Shown here one piece after another: positions 47,852 to 58,052 of a stretch of 64,000 nt of DNA; position 1 is the first letter of the stretch, and every line of letters begins with the position of its first letter. The stretch is from assembly GCA_963770895.1 (NCBI GenBank), contig CAVYRF010000001.1, positions 2,080,001 to 2,144,000 of the forward strand. The letters run 5' to 3'. The position numbers and the translations under genes are program-made. The stretch comes from an uncultured Acidobacteriota bacterium. Its GTDB lineage: Bacteria; Acidobacteriota; Thermoanaerobaculia; Multivoradales; UBA5704. Under the pieces are notes generated by a model. The model saw only the letters and a program-made list of their open reading frames with translations, had not been told where the DNA came from and searched no databases.

Positions 47852-49054
47852 ATGCGCGTACGTCGAAGCCAGCTGGGAATCTACTGTGGGATCTTGCTCT
47901 GCCTGGCGCCCGGGGCGGCCAGGGCACAGCTGTTTGCGGTGACGACACTCGCCAGCCCGACGCCCACCGCGTCGATCTCCGCGGCGCTGCTGCTGAGCGA
48001 CGGCAACCAGGCGCTGACGGCGCCGACCTTCGTCACCGGCTTGGCGGGTACCGAGATCCTGCGCAGCCTGGCGAGCAATCCGCTGACCGCCGACGTGGTA
48101 TCGATCGCCACTTCCGTAGGTGGCTCGCAGCTGGTGCATGTCGATCTGCAGCACGGCACGATCACGCCATTCGGGCCGCCGCTGACGATCAACCTGGTCA
48201 GCTTGGCCTTCAACAGCAAGGGGCAGCTGTTCGGCTTTGCGCTGTGCGACAAGACCTATACCAACCAGCTGTTCCAGATCGATCCGGCGAGCGGCGACAT
48301 CACCGGGGCGCTAGGCAGCCTTGACGCCGCCCAGGTCGGATCGTGCGGCATGCTGACGCTGGGGGCGGCGATCGCCATCGACCCGGCGACCGACGTGCTG
48401 TACCTCGCCTCGGTCGATGCGTACGGCATCCTGTTCGTCGACAGCTTCAACCCACTGCTCACGCCCACCACGCAGTACACGGACCCCTTCCTGATTGCTC
48501 CTGTACCGACCGCCGCGACCATCATCAACGGCCAGATTTGGATAGCGACGACCCTCACCCAATTCGGGCCAGGCGCCGGCTTTCTGACCTTCAGCACCAC
48601 GGGGTCCGGGTCCGGCACCCAGCTGGCCTCGGGCGGAGCGGCCTATCGGGCGCTGTCGTTCGACAACAACGCACCGGTCTACGGCCTGCTGGCCATCCAA
48701 TCGGCGTGCGTGCCCTCGGCCAACGTCGCTTGCCTGTACAACCGCTTCAAGGTCGAGGCCACCTACGACGCCACCCCCAATAGCGGCAAGGGGCCGGCCA
48801 CCGTGCTGCTGGAAAGCCAGCAGAGCGTCAAGTTCAGCTTCTTTGACCCCGGCAACGTCGAGATGATCCTGAAGATCCTCAACGCCTGCGTCGCCCCCTA
48901 CAACAAGTGGTGGGTGTCGGGCGCCGGCCTGACCAACGTCGGCGTCTCGATCACCGTCACAGACACCCAGACCGGCAAGGTAAAGACCTATTCCAACCCC
49001 AAGAACCAACTGTTCCAGACCTTCTTCGACACCGCCGCCTTCGACTGCCCGTGA
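47852..49054 (+). CDS. Secreted beta-propeller-like protein with conserved C-terminal domain
   Basis: GGAGG RBS, signal peptide, blade-like repeats (LAFNSKGQLF, AIDPATDVLY); C-terminus FFDPGNVEMILKILNAC...TAAFDCP. Confidence 0.75.
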   Translation: MRVRRSQLGIYCGILLCLAPGAARAQLFAVTTLASPTPTASISAALLLSDGNQALTAPTFVTGLAGTEILRSLASNPLTADVVSIATSVGGSQLVHVDLQHGTITPFGPPLTINLVSLAFNSKGQLFGFALCDKTYTNQLFQIDPASGDITGALGSLDAAQVGSCGMLTLGAAIAIDPATDVLYLASVDAYGILFVDSFNPLLTPTTQYTDPFLIAPVPTAATIINGQIWIATTLTQFGPGAGFLTFSTTGSGSGTQLASGGAAYRALSFDNNAPVYGLLAIQSACVPSANVACLYNRFKVEATYDATPNSGKGPATVLLESQQSVKFSFFDPGNVEMILKILNACVAPYNKWWVSGAGLTNVGVSITVTDTQTGKVKTYSNPKNQLFQTFFDTAAFDCP

Positions 49055-49070
49055 GGCCGCGCCCTCTGGC

Positions 49071-49242
49071 CACGCCGCGCGGCGTCTTGCACGCTCGTCA
49101 GCACAAAGTCGGTCACGCTCTGTCCCTGCAGGGTGGCTGCCCGCTCGATCAGGCTCTTCCGCTCTGCGGTGACGCGCGCCTCCAGGCGCTCTGCGCGTAT
49201 GCTCTGAGCTCCGCCTCGCCGGTCGCCTGATGCATCCGGCAC
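49071..49242 (-). pseudogene. DUF1778 antitoxin, N-terminal fragment (contains 84-bp repeat copy 2)
   Basis: (V)PDASGDRRGGAQSIRAERLEARVTAERKSLIERAATLQGQSVTDFVLTSVQDAARR, then homology stops. Confidence 0.75.
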
Positions 49243-49269
49243 GACGGGGAGTGCCGAGCGCGGCAAAGG

Positions 49270-49632
49270 TTACGGCAGCGGCCCGTACCAGCACACGCAG
49301 CCCTGCTGGCCGGTCGGGCAAAGGTTGTATTCCGGGGCCTCGCAGTAGCCGTACACACCCTCGATGTCGCCGCAGTACGTGCCGTACGGTTGACCTTGAC
49401 AGTAGGAAACGCTGCACGCCCCGCAGAGTCTTCCGGCCAGGGGCGTGGGGGCCGGTGCGTGGTCGGCGACGCTGAAGCTGGTGCGGTTGGCATGGCAGAC
49501 CGCCGGTGCATCCAGCGCGGCAGCGAACGGTACCACCGCCGGGGTCGAGGTTGCGGGCGCCGTCGCCGCACCGGCGACGACTGCCGGCAGCAATAGCGAA
49601 ATCAGGACCAGCATGGCAGATCGCAGTTTCAT
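49270..49632 (-). CDS. Small secreted Cys-rich protein
   Basis: AGGAGG RBS; signal peptide; C-terminal domain with 8 Cys (CGACSVSYC...C...C...C...CVC). Confidence 0.7.
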   Translation of the reverse strand: MKLRSAMLVLISLLLPAVVAGAATAPATSTPAVVPFAAALDAPAVCHANRTSFSVADHAPAPTPLAGRLCGACSVSYCQGQPYGTYCGDIEGVYGYCEAPEYNLCPTGQQGCVCWYGPLP

Positions 49633-50023
49633 ATCGCCTCCTTGGCAGGTGGATGAGGATTTCGCAATTCTCCCGAAGCTCCTATTCGGTAGCAACATAG
49701 TATGCACTTACCAGTCACCGTGCCATACCCTTTCGAGCCTGTGGGGCCGAGCAGCTCAGGATCAAGAGCTCACCGCCCGCAGGAGACGCTGCGTGAGCTG
49801 CCAGCCTCACGCAGCTTTTCGCGTTTCACGCCGATCTCAAGGGCTGGCTTGTGCTAGCCTTGCGGCCTAGAAACAAGGTCCGGGCGCTGCGTCTAAGTGG
49901 CTGAAACAAAGTAGGTTTACAGCGGTTAAGCGGCGATCTGCGGCGGCCGCTTGGTCGGCGCGGGTCGGGCGGCCGCACGGCTTGGCGGCATGGCGCTCCC
50001 ACGGCCACGCAAGGGGTGAACGA

Positions 50024-53000
50024 ATGCGGCGAATGGCGGCGTTGCTTTGGCTTTCGGCGAGTGCGGCGATGGCAGTGGGGGCGGCTGCGACGGCATCGGC
50101 GAGTGCGGCCTTCGAACAGGCGCAACCCTCGCCTCGCACCGGCGTGGGTGACGTGACGAAACCGGAAGCGCCGGTGCCGGAGCAGGCGGGCGAGGAGAAG
50201 GACAAGGGGCCGTTCGACGGCCTGAAATTCCGCTTCATCGGGCCGCCCGGCAACCGCGTCTCGGCGGTGGTCGGCATGCCGGGCGATCCCAACGTGTACT
50301 ACGCGGGCGCGGCGTCGGGTGGAGTCTGGAAGTCGATCGACGGCGGTACCGAGTGGAAGCCGGTCTTCGACAAGATGCCCGCCCAGTCGATCGGCGCGAT
50401 CGCGATCGCGCCGTCGGACCATGCGATCGTCTGGGTCGGCACGGGCGAGACCTTCATCCGCAGCAACGTGTCGATCGGCAACGGTGTGTACCGATCGACC
50501 GATGGCGGCAAGAGCTGGCTGCACATGGGCCTCGACAAGACCGGGCGCATCGGCCGCGTGATCATCGACCCCCGCGACCCCAACGTGGTGTACGTCGCGG
50601 CTCTCGGCACCTGCTACGGGCCGCAGCCGGAGCGCGGTGTCTTCCGCACCAGGGACGGCGGCAAAACCTGGGAGAGGGTGCTTTTCGTCGACCAGAACAC
50701 GGGAGCTTCCGACCTGGCGATGGACCCCGCCGACTCGCGCACGCTCTTCGCCGGCACCTGGCAGATCGACATCAAGACCTGGGGCAGGAACAGCGGCGGC
50801 CCCGGCAGCGGCGTCTGGGTCACGCACGATGGCGGCAACCGGTGGAAGCGATTGACCAAGGACGACGGCCTGCCCGCAGCGCCGCTGGGCAAGATCGCGG
50901 TCGCGGTGGCGCCCAACGACTCGCAGCGCGTCTACGCCCTGATCGAGACGGGCGACAAGGGGTCGCTGTGGCGCTCCGACAACGGCGGTGCGAAGTGGAA
51001 GCTGGTGAACCACAGCCGGCTGTTGAACGAACGTCCGCACTACTACACGCGCATGCTGGTCATGCCGGACAATGCCAACGAAGTCTACTTCCCGTCGAAC
51101 TCGATCGGTGTGTCCTACGACGGCGGCGAGACGACCGACCAGGTGGATTGGGGCGGCGACAATCACGACATGTGGGCCGACCCGATGAATCCGAGCCGCA
51201 TGATGATCGGCTCCGACGGCGGCGTCTTCATCTCGACCACGCGGGGCCGAAAATGGACATGGGAACGCCTGCCGATCGCCCAGATCTACCACGTCGCGAC
51301 CGACACGCGGATTCCGTACGGCGTGCACGGGCAGATGCAGGATGGCGGATCGATGCGCGGTCCGAGCCGTAACCCGGGCGCCGACACGATCCCTCCGGCG
51401 CTTTGGACGACGACGGCAGGATGCGAGACCGGTTGGGCCACGCCCGACCCCGTCGACCCCAACATCGTCTGGGGCGGCTGCTACGCGGGGGTCGTCGAGC
51501 GCTACGACGATCGCACGCGCATGTCGCGCTCGGTGTCGGTCTGGCCGGAGCGGACGATGGGAGCCAACGCCGGGCAGGTCAAGCACCGGATGAATTGGAC
51601 GTTCCCGATCGCCATCTCGCCGCACGACCACAACACCGTCTACGTCGGCAGCCAATACGTGATGCAGACCACCGACGGCGGCGATCACTGGACGGCGATC
51701 AGCCCCGACCTGACATTGCACGACCCGTCGATGATGGGGGATTCGGGCGGCCTCACGATCGACAACCTTTCTGTCGAATATGCAGGCGTCGTCTACTCGC
51801 TCGCCGAGTCGCCGCTCGCCAGGGGGGAGATCTGGGCCGGCACCAACGACGGCCTGGTTCAGGTGACGCGCGACGGCGGCGCTCACTGGGCCAACGTGAC
51901 GCCCGGCAAGGACCTGCTGCCGCCGAAGGGCACCGTCGACTCCGTCGAGCCGTCCCCGCACGAGGCCGGGACCTGCTATGTCGCCGTCGACCTGCACCAG
52001 GTCGACAATCGCGACCCATTCATCTTCAAGACGAACGACTACGGAAGGACCTGGAAGTCGATCTCCTCGAGCATTCCCAAGAGCCCGTTTTCGTACGTCC
52101 ACGTCGTGCGCGAGGACCCGTTCCGCCGGGGCATGCTGTACGCCGGCACCGAAAACGGCCTGTACGTGTCGTTTGACGACGGCGCGCATTGGCGTCCGCT
52201 GCAGTCGAAGCTGCCGCATGCGCCGGTCTACTGGCTGACCGTCGAGCCGCGATTTCACGATCTCGTGGTCGCCACGTACGGACGGGGTTTCTACATTCTC
52301 GACGACGTCACCTCGCTCGAAGCGTGGAGCGAAGCGCTGCAGGACTCACCGGCGCACCTCTTTGCGCCCGTTCCCGCCTATCGTTTCCGCGCCGTATCGC
52401 AGCCGGCCTACGCGCCGACCGGAACCGCGGAAGGCAAGAACGGGCCGGAAGGTGCGCTGCTGACCTATTGGCTGAAGAAAGCGGTTCCCAAGCCGAAAGA
52501 AACCGCCAGCGACGATGACGCGGCGAAAGAGAAGCCCCCCCTTGTCCAGATCAGGATCTTCGACGCGGCCGGCGTGAAGATCCGCTCGTTGCGCGGGACC
52601 GATGAGGCCGGCATGAACCGCGTCGTCTGGGACCTGCGCTACGACTCGATCCCGGAGGTGCGCCTGCGCGCCACCCCGCAGGCCAATCCGCACGTGTGGG
52701 CGGAGAAGCGCTTCGCCGGGAAGGATCGGCGTCCGGTGCTGTACTACGGGATCGAAGACGCCACCCGCGGACCGCTCGTCCCTCCCGGCAGCTATACGGT
52801 GAAGCTCAGGATCGGGGACCAGGAATTCACCGCGCCGGTCGAGGTCCGCAAGGACCCGAGCTCCGCCGGGACGCCGGCGGACGTCGAGGCCGCGTCGAAA
52901 CTGTCGCTCGCGATCTACCATGACGCGGCATCGGCGTCCGGGATGATCGGCGAGCTCGAATGGACGCGCTTGCAACTCGAACAGCTCGATCGCCGCCTGG

Positions 53001-53422
53001 TCGCCGCCAAGGCGGAGACTTCGCTGGCCGATGCCGTCGCGGGTCTGCGCAAGAGCGCCGAGGAGATCGAGGCGATCCTCCTCCAGCCGACGATTGCGGA
53101 CGAGGACCAGAAATCGTTCCGCGGACCGCTCGGTATCTTCCTCAAGCTGGTCTGGCTCAACGCCGAGGTATCGACCGGCGCCGGCGACGTTTCGGGCAAC
53201 GCCGACTTTGCGCCCACGCAACCCGAAGGTGAGGTCTTCGAGCTGCTCGACCACCAGCTCGGCGAGGTGCACCAGCGGTTCCAGTCCCTGTATGACCAGG
53301 GCGTCCCCGCCTTCAATCGCGCGCTGGCCGCCAAGGGGATGACCGGGATCGCCCCAGTCCATGAAGTCCCGCCGGAGTTCGCCAAGGAGAAGGAAAAGAA
53401 GCCGGACGAGGACGACAATTGA
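50024..53422 (+). CDS. VPS10/BNR-repeat secreted glycosyl hydrolase-like protein
   Basis: LKFRFIGPPGNRVSAV...GGVWKSIDGG; many SxDGGxxW boxes; C-terminal GPLVPPGSYTVKL and helical tail. Confidence 0.9.
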   Translation: MRRMAALLWLSASAAMAVGAAATASASAAFEQAQPSPRTGVGDVTKPEAPVPEQAGEEKDKGPFDGLKFRFIGPPGNRVSAVVGMPGDPNVYYAGAASGGVWKSIDGGTEWKPVFDKMPAQSIGAIAIAPSDHAIVWVGTGETFIRSNVSIGNGVYRSTDGGKSWLHMGLDKTGRIGRVIIDPRDPNVVYVAALGTCYGPQPERGVFRTRDGGKTWERVLFVDQNTGASDLAMDPADSRTLFAGTWQIDIKTWGRNSGGPGSGVWVTHDGGNRWKRLTKDDGLPAAPLGKIAVAVAPNDSQRVYALIETGDKGSLWRSDNGGAKWKLVNHSRLLNERPHYYTRMLVMPDNANEVYFPSNSIGVSYDGGETTDQVDWGGDNHDMWADPMNPSRMMIGSDGGVFISTTRGRKWTWERLPIAQIYHVATDTRIPYGVHGQMQDGGSMRGPSRNPGADTIPPALWTTTAGCETGWATPDPVDPNIVWGGCYAGVVERYDDRTRMSRSVSVWPERTMGANAGQVKHRMNWTFPIAISPHDHNTVYVGSQYVMQTTDGGDHWTAISPDLTLHDPSMMGDSGGLTIDNLSVEYAGVVYSLAESPLARGEIWAGTNDGLVQVTRDGGAHWANVTPGKDLLPPKGTVDSVEPSPHEAGTCYVAVDLHQVDNRDPFIFKTNDYGRTWKSISSSIPKSPFSYVHVVREDPFRRGMLYAGTENGLYVSFDDGAHWRPLQSKLPHAPVYWLTVEPRFHDLVVATYGRGFYILDDVTSLEAWSEALQDSPAHLFAPVPAYRFRAVSQPAYAPTGTAEGKNGPEGALLTYWLKKAVPKPKETASDDDAAKEKPPLVQIRIFDAAGVKIRSLRGTDEAGMNRVVWDLRYDSIPEVRLRATPQANPHVWAEKRFAGKDRRPVLYYGIEDATRGPLVPPGSYTVKLRIGDQEFTAPVEVRKDPSSAGTPADVEAASKLSLAIYHDAASASGMIGELEWTRLQLEQLDRRLVAAKAETSLADAVAGLRKSAEEIEAILLQPTIADEDQKSFRGPLGIFLKLVWLNAEVSTGAGDVSGNADFAPTQPEGEVFELLDHQLGEVHQRFQSLYDQGVPAFNRALAAKGMTGIAPVHEVPPEFAKEKEKKPDEDDN

Positions 53423-53626
53423 GCGCCCGATGCGGCGAGCCGGCTGATCTGGCGGGCGCAGCTGGCGCTGGACAGGGTGCTCTCTCGCGGCCAGGATTTG
53501 GGGTTCGGCGCAGCGGGGGTGCGGCAGCGGGTCGAGGAGAAGTGGCCACGGTACGGCGTCGTTGCAGCGAACGGAGGTATCATCACCGGCATCGGATTTT
53601 CCGTCTTGAATCCCGCCCCTGAGAGC

Positions 53627-55633
53627 ATGATCATGCCTGACCACAACTACTTCTCGAACCTGATCTGGCAGATCGCCGACCTGCTGCGCGGGCCGTACCG
53701 GCCGCCGCAATACGAGCGCGTCATGCTGCCCATGACCGTGCTGCGTCGATTCGACTGCGTGCTTGCCCCTACCAAGGCCAAGGTGCTGGCCGAGCAGGCG
53801 CGGTCAAAGGTCAAGTTCAAGGGCGAGGCGCTCGACGCCCGACTCAACAGGGCGGCGGGCCAGCGCTTCCACAACCACTCGCCGCTCGACTTCGAGAAGC
53901 TCAAGGGCGACCCCGACCACATCGCTCAGCACCTCGTCAGCTACATCAAGGGGTTCTCGGCCAACGTCCGCCACATCTTCGACTTCTTCGAGCTCGAGAC
54001 CGAGATCGAGAAGATGCGCGAGTCGAACATCCTCTTTCTTGTCGTCTCGAAGTTCTGCGATGTGGACTTGACGCCGAGTGACGACCCTCGCACCGGGGTG
54101 CCGAATTTCCAGATGGGGCTCATCTTCGAGAACCTCATCCGCCGCTTCAACGAGCTGGCCAACGAGACCGCGGGCGACCACTTCACGCCGCGCGAGGTCA
54201 TCCGGCTGATGGTGAGCCTCCTGTTCATCCGGGATAACAAGCTGCTCGCCACGCCCGGCACCGTGCGCAAGCTCCTAGACCCCGCTTGCGGCACGGGTGG
54301 CATGCTGGCGGAAGCGCAGAACTACCTGCGCGACCACCATCGAGAAGCGAAGCTCTACGTCTACGGGCAGGACTACAACAAGCGCGCCTTCGCCACTGCG
54401 GCGTCAGACATGCTGATGAAGCAGGTCGATCATAACGGCAGCGGCGGCAACATCCGCTTCGGCGACAGCTTCACCGAAGACCAGTTCGCCGGCGAAACCT
54501 TCGATTACTTCCTAACTAATCCGCCCTTCGGTGTGGACTGGAAAAAGCAGCAGAAGGAGATCCAGCGCGAGCAGGAGAGGCAAGGTTTCGCGGGCCGTTT
54601 CGGCGCGGGGCTACCGCGCGTGAACGACGGCTCGCTGCTCTTCTTGCAGCACATGCTCGCCAAGTTCGAGCCGGTGGGGCCGGCCGAGCACAAGCACGGC
54701 TCGCGCCTCGCCATCGTCTTCTCCGGCTCGCCGCTCTTCACCGGCGGCGCCGGTTCCGGCGAGAGCGAGATCCGCAGGTGGATCATCGAGAACGACTGGC
54801 TCGAGGCCATCGTCGCCCTGCCTGAGCAGATGTTCTACAACACCGGCATCGGTACTTACGTCTGGATCGTCACCAACCGCAAGGAGAAGCGGCGCAAAGG
54901 CAAGATTCAGCTCCTTGACGCACGCGACTACTGGGCCGCCGGTGGTAGCGAGGAGAGCAAGCGCAGCCTCGGAGACAAACGCCGCCACATTACAATAGGG
55001 CAGATCGACGAGATTGTCAGCCTGTACGGCCGCTTCGAAGATGGTGAGCGCTCAAAGGTCTTCGACAACGCCGACTTTGGCTACACTCGCGTCACCGTCG
55101 AGCGCCCGCTGCGGCTCACCTACCAGATGACGAACGAGGACAAGGCGCGTTTCCTGGATTCCTGCCCCGAACTGTTCGACGACGTGCAGGCCATTGATGA
55201 GGCGCTGGGGCGGGAACCTTTGCGCGACTGGAATGCGATCGGAGAGCGTATTCAGGATCTTCTACGCGAGCGCCGATCAAAATGGAAGAAGCCGGAACAG
55301 AAGCGCTTCCGCGAGGTCTTCATCCGCAAGGAGCCCGAGGCCGAGCCGGTCTTGAGCGACGGGGCGAGCGGGGGCTATGAATGCGATCCCGACCTGCGGG
55401 ACTTCGAGAACGTGCCGCTCAAGGACAACATCGAAGCTTACTTCGAGCGCGAGGTGCTCCCCCACGTGCCCGATGCCTGGATGGACCGGAGCAAGGACAA
55501 GGTCGGCTACGAGATCAACTTCAACCGCCATTTCTACAAGTACACCCCACCCCGGCCGCTGGAGGAGATCGACGCGGATCTTAAGAAGGCGGAGGAAGAG
55601 ATCCTGCGGCTGCTGCGGGAGGTGACGGAGTGA
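53627..55633 (+). CDS. hsdM: Type I restriction-modification methyltransferase subunit
   Basis: IWQIADLLRG, GDHFTPREVI, DPACGTGGML, NPPFG (N6-adenine MTase motif), MFYNTGI. Confidence 0.95.
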   Translation: MIMPDHNYFSNLIWQIADLLRGPYRPPQYERVMLPMTVLRRFDCVLAPTKAKVLAEQARSKVKFKGEALDARLNRAAGQRFHNHSPLDFEKLKGDPDHIAQHLVSYIKGFSANVRHIFDFFELETEIEKMRESNILFLVVSKFCDVDLTPSDDPRTGVPNFQMGLIFENLIRRFNELANETAGDHFTPREVIRLMVSLLFIRDNKLLATPGTVRKLLDPACGTGGMLAEAQNYLRDHHREAKLYVYGQDYNKRAFATAASDMLMKQVDHNGSGGNIRFGDSFTEDQFAGETFDYFLTNPPFGVDWKKQQKEIQREQERQGFAGRFGAGLPRVNDGSLLFLQHMLAKFEPVGPAEHKHGSRLAIVFSGSPLFTGGAGSGESEIRRWIIENDWLEAIVALPEQMFYNTGIGTYVWIVTNRKEKRRKGKIQLLDARDYWAAGGSEESKRSLGDKRRHITIGQIDEIVSLYGRFEDGERSKVFDNADFGYTRVTVERPLRLTYQMTNEDKARFLDSCPELFDDVQAIDEALGREPLRDWNAIGERIQDLLRERRSKWKKPEQKRFREVFIRKEPEAEPVLSDGASGGYECDPDLRDFENVPLKDNIEAYFEREVLPHVPDAWMDRSKDKVGYEINFNRHFYKYTPPRPLEEIDADLKKAEEEILRLLREVTE

Positions 55634-56904
55634 GAGCCGTCTCCTGGGGCGCTTCCTTTCCGGTTGAATGGCCTCGAACAAGAATCAAGCACGTCTGTAC
55701 CTTCGTAGGAGGAGGCACCCCTGATAAGGGAAGTCCGGAGTATTGGAACGGTGACATTCCCTGGTTGTCGCCGAAGGATATGAAGAGCGGCGTTATTGAG
55801 GACACTGAAGATCACATCACTGCGGATGGCCTAGAGGCTAGCGCCACCAAGCTCGTCAATTCTGGAGCGGTCCTGATCGTGATGCGTTCGGGAATCCTGC
55901 GTCACTCAATTCCGGTCGCTGTCAATCACGTCTCGTTGACTCTGAATCAAGATATGCGCGCGCTGATCCCGAATCATCAGGTTGAGGCACGATACCTCGC
56001 CCGGCTTGTCGAGGGCCATCAGCGGCAGCTACTGAATGCCTGGAGTAAAGTCGGCAGTACCGTTGAGAGCCTCGAATCTGACCTTGTAGGCGAGACCGAA
56101 TTCGCTGCACCGCCGTTACCGCGCCAACGCGCCATCGCCGACTACCTCGACTGCGAAACAGTGAAGATCGATGCGTTGATCGCGGCGAAGGAGCGGGTGC
56201 TCGCGCTGCTGGCCGAGAAGCGTCGGGCGCTCATCACGCGCGCAGTCACGCGGGGCCTCGATCCTCACGCCCCGCTCCGGGACTCGGGTATCCCGTGGCT
56301 CGGCGAGATTCCGGTGCATTGGGAAATAGAGCGAGGAAGATGGCTCTTCCGGGAGCGCGATGTTCGCTCCGAGAAGGGCGAAGAAGGGTTGCTCACGGTC
56401 TCTCACCTCACCGGTGTTACTCCTCGCTCGGAGAAGGACGTGAATATGTTCGAGGCGGAAACCAATGAGGGTTACAAGATCTGTCAACCCGGCGATCTGG
56501 TTATCAACACGCTTTGGGCTTGGATGGGAGCAATGGGGGTCGCTCCGGTCAAGGGAATAGTTAGCCCCGCATACAACGTCTATCAGCCTGAGGCGCGGCT
56601 TGCCCCAGCTTACGTCGATGCTCTTGTCCGACTTCTCGTCTTTGCCCAAGAGGTCACTCGGTATTCTAAAGGTGTATGGTCGTCGAGGCTGCGGCTCTAT
56701 CCGGAAGGCTTCTTCGAGGTTTACTTCCCTGTACCCCCCTATGAAGAACAACGTGCCATCGTCGGGCACATTGGTAAAGAATCCGCCAGCCTCGCAGCTA
56801 TGCAGAGTACTACCGAGCGTACCATCTCACTTCTCAGAGAACGCCGCGCAGCCCTCATCGCTGCGGTTGTGACAGGTAGAATATCTGTAGAGGCAGCTAC
56901 ATGA
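55630..56904 (+). CDS. hsdS: Type I restriction-modification specificity subunit
   Basis: Two TRDs with conserved linkers PPLPRQRAIADYLD, DSGIPWLGEIP.HW, PPYEEQRAI..., ALIAAVVTG. Visibly lower GC. Confidence 0.95.
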   Translation: MRAVSWGASFPVEWPRTRIKHVCTFVGGGTPDKGSPEYWNGDIPWLSPKDMKSGVIEDTEDHITADGLEASATKLVNSGAVLIVMRSGILRHSIPVAVNHVSLTLNQDMRALIPNHQVEARYLARLVEGHQRQLLNAWSKVGSTVESLESDLVGETEFAAPPLPRQRAIADYLDCETVKIDALIAAKERVLALLAEKRRALITRAVTRGLDPHAPLRDSGIPWLGEIPVHWEIERGRWLFRERDVRSEKGEEGLLTVSHLTGVTPRSEKDVNMFEAETNEGYKICQPGDLVINTLWAWMGAMGVAPVKGIVSPAYNVYQPEARLAPAYVDALVRLLVFAQEVTRYSKGVWSSRLRLYPEGFFEVYFPVPPYEEQRAIVGHIGKESASLAAMQSTTERTISLLRERRAALIAAVVTGRISVEAAT

Positions 56905-58052
56905 CTCGCGTATCCGTCCATCCCGAGATGCTCCGTTGGGCCTGCGAGCGCGCGGGTTACGATGTGCACGACTTGGCGCCGCGCTTCCCCCACCTTCCAG
57001 AGTGGGAGCGCGGCGAGAAGCTGCCGACGTTCAAGCAGCTTGAGGCCTTCGCCAGGGCCACTCACACGCCATTCGGGTTTCTCTTCCTTCCCGAGCCGCC
57101 CCAGGAGCCCTTGCCGATCCCTGACTTTCGGACCCTGAAGGGTCGGCCGGCACGCCCGAGCCCCGATCTCCTCGACACGATCTATGCGATGCAGCGTCGG
57201 CAGGATTGGTTGCGCGAGGAGCGCATCGAAGGCGAGGCGGATCCGCTGGAACTCGTCGGCAATGCTCGATTGAAAGACGATCCAGCGGCTGTGGGCCAGG
57301 AGATGCGGCGAATTGTCGGCCTGGATGACGGGTGGGCAGCCGAGGTGCCGAATTGGCACGCGGCAGTCAGCGAGCTGCGCCGCCGCATCGAGGGCCTGGG
57401 AATCATGGCCGTCATCAACGGTATCGTCGGAAACAACACGCATCGCAAGCTCAACATAGAGGAGTTCCGCGGCTTCGCGCTGACCGATCGCTACGCTCCT
57501 TTACTCTTCGTCAACGGCGCCGACGCGAAATCGGCCCAGATGTTCACTATCGCGCACGAGCTCGCCCACGTCTGGCTGGGAGCGGAAGGACAAGGAATCT
57601 CCGGCTTCGAGGGCCTCTTTCCCGGAGACCATCGGATCGAAAAGTTCTGCGATCAGGCGGCAGCCGAATTCCTCGTGCCGGCTCGAGAGCTGCGCGAGTT
57701 CCGGAGAGACGTGCAGAACGCGCCGGATGCCTTTGAACGGGTCGCCCGCCACTTCAAAGTGAGTCCGATCGTGGCGGGACGCCGCGCAATGGACCTGCGC
57801 CTCGTGAATCGCGCCACATTCTTCGCCTTCTACGAGGCCTATACGAATCGCGAACGGCGGCAGGCGCAGGATTCTAGCGGCGGCGACTTCTATAACAACC
57901 AAAACGCCAGGGTCGGAGCTGCGTTCGCGACTCGCATCATTCGTGCAGCCATGGGAGGGCGGCTCACATTCAAGGAGGCTTACGATCTCACCGGGCTTCA
58001 CGGCGGGGCCTTTCAGGAGTATGCCAGGCGGCTCGGGATGGCACTGCCATGA
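56901..58052 (+). CDS. XRE-HTH + ImmA/IrrE family metallopeptidase
   Basis: LRWACERAG..WERGEKLPT.KQL (HTH); FRGFAL...FVN..D.K.AQMFT.AHELAH (HExxH). Confidence 0.9.
   Translation: MTRVSVHPEMLRWACERAGYDVHDLAPRFPHLPEWERGEKLPTFKQLEAFARATHTPFGFLFLPEPPQEPLPIPDFRTLKGRPARPSPDLLDTIYAMQRRQDWLREERIEGEADPLELVGNARLKDDPAAVGQEMRRIVGLDDGWAAEVPNWHAAVSELRRRIEGLGIMAVINGIVGNNTHRKLNIEEFRGFALTDRYAPLLFVNGADAKSAQMFTIAHELAHVWLGAEGQGISGFEGLFPGDHRIEKFCDQAAAEFLVPARELREFRRDVQNAPDAFERVARHFKVSPIVAGRRAMDLRLVNRATFFAFYEAYTNRERRQAQDSSGGDFYNNQNARVGAAFATRIIRAAMGGRLTFKEAYDLTGLHGGAFQEYARRLGMALP

Noticed and set aside
53477-53626. Upstream extension of hsdM
   Set aside because: HsdM-like sequence begins at MPDHNYFSNLIW; the extension has no family features.
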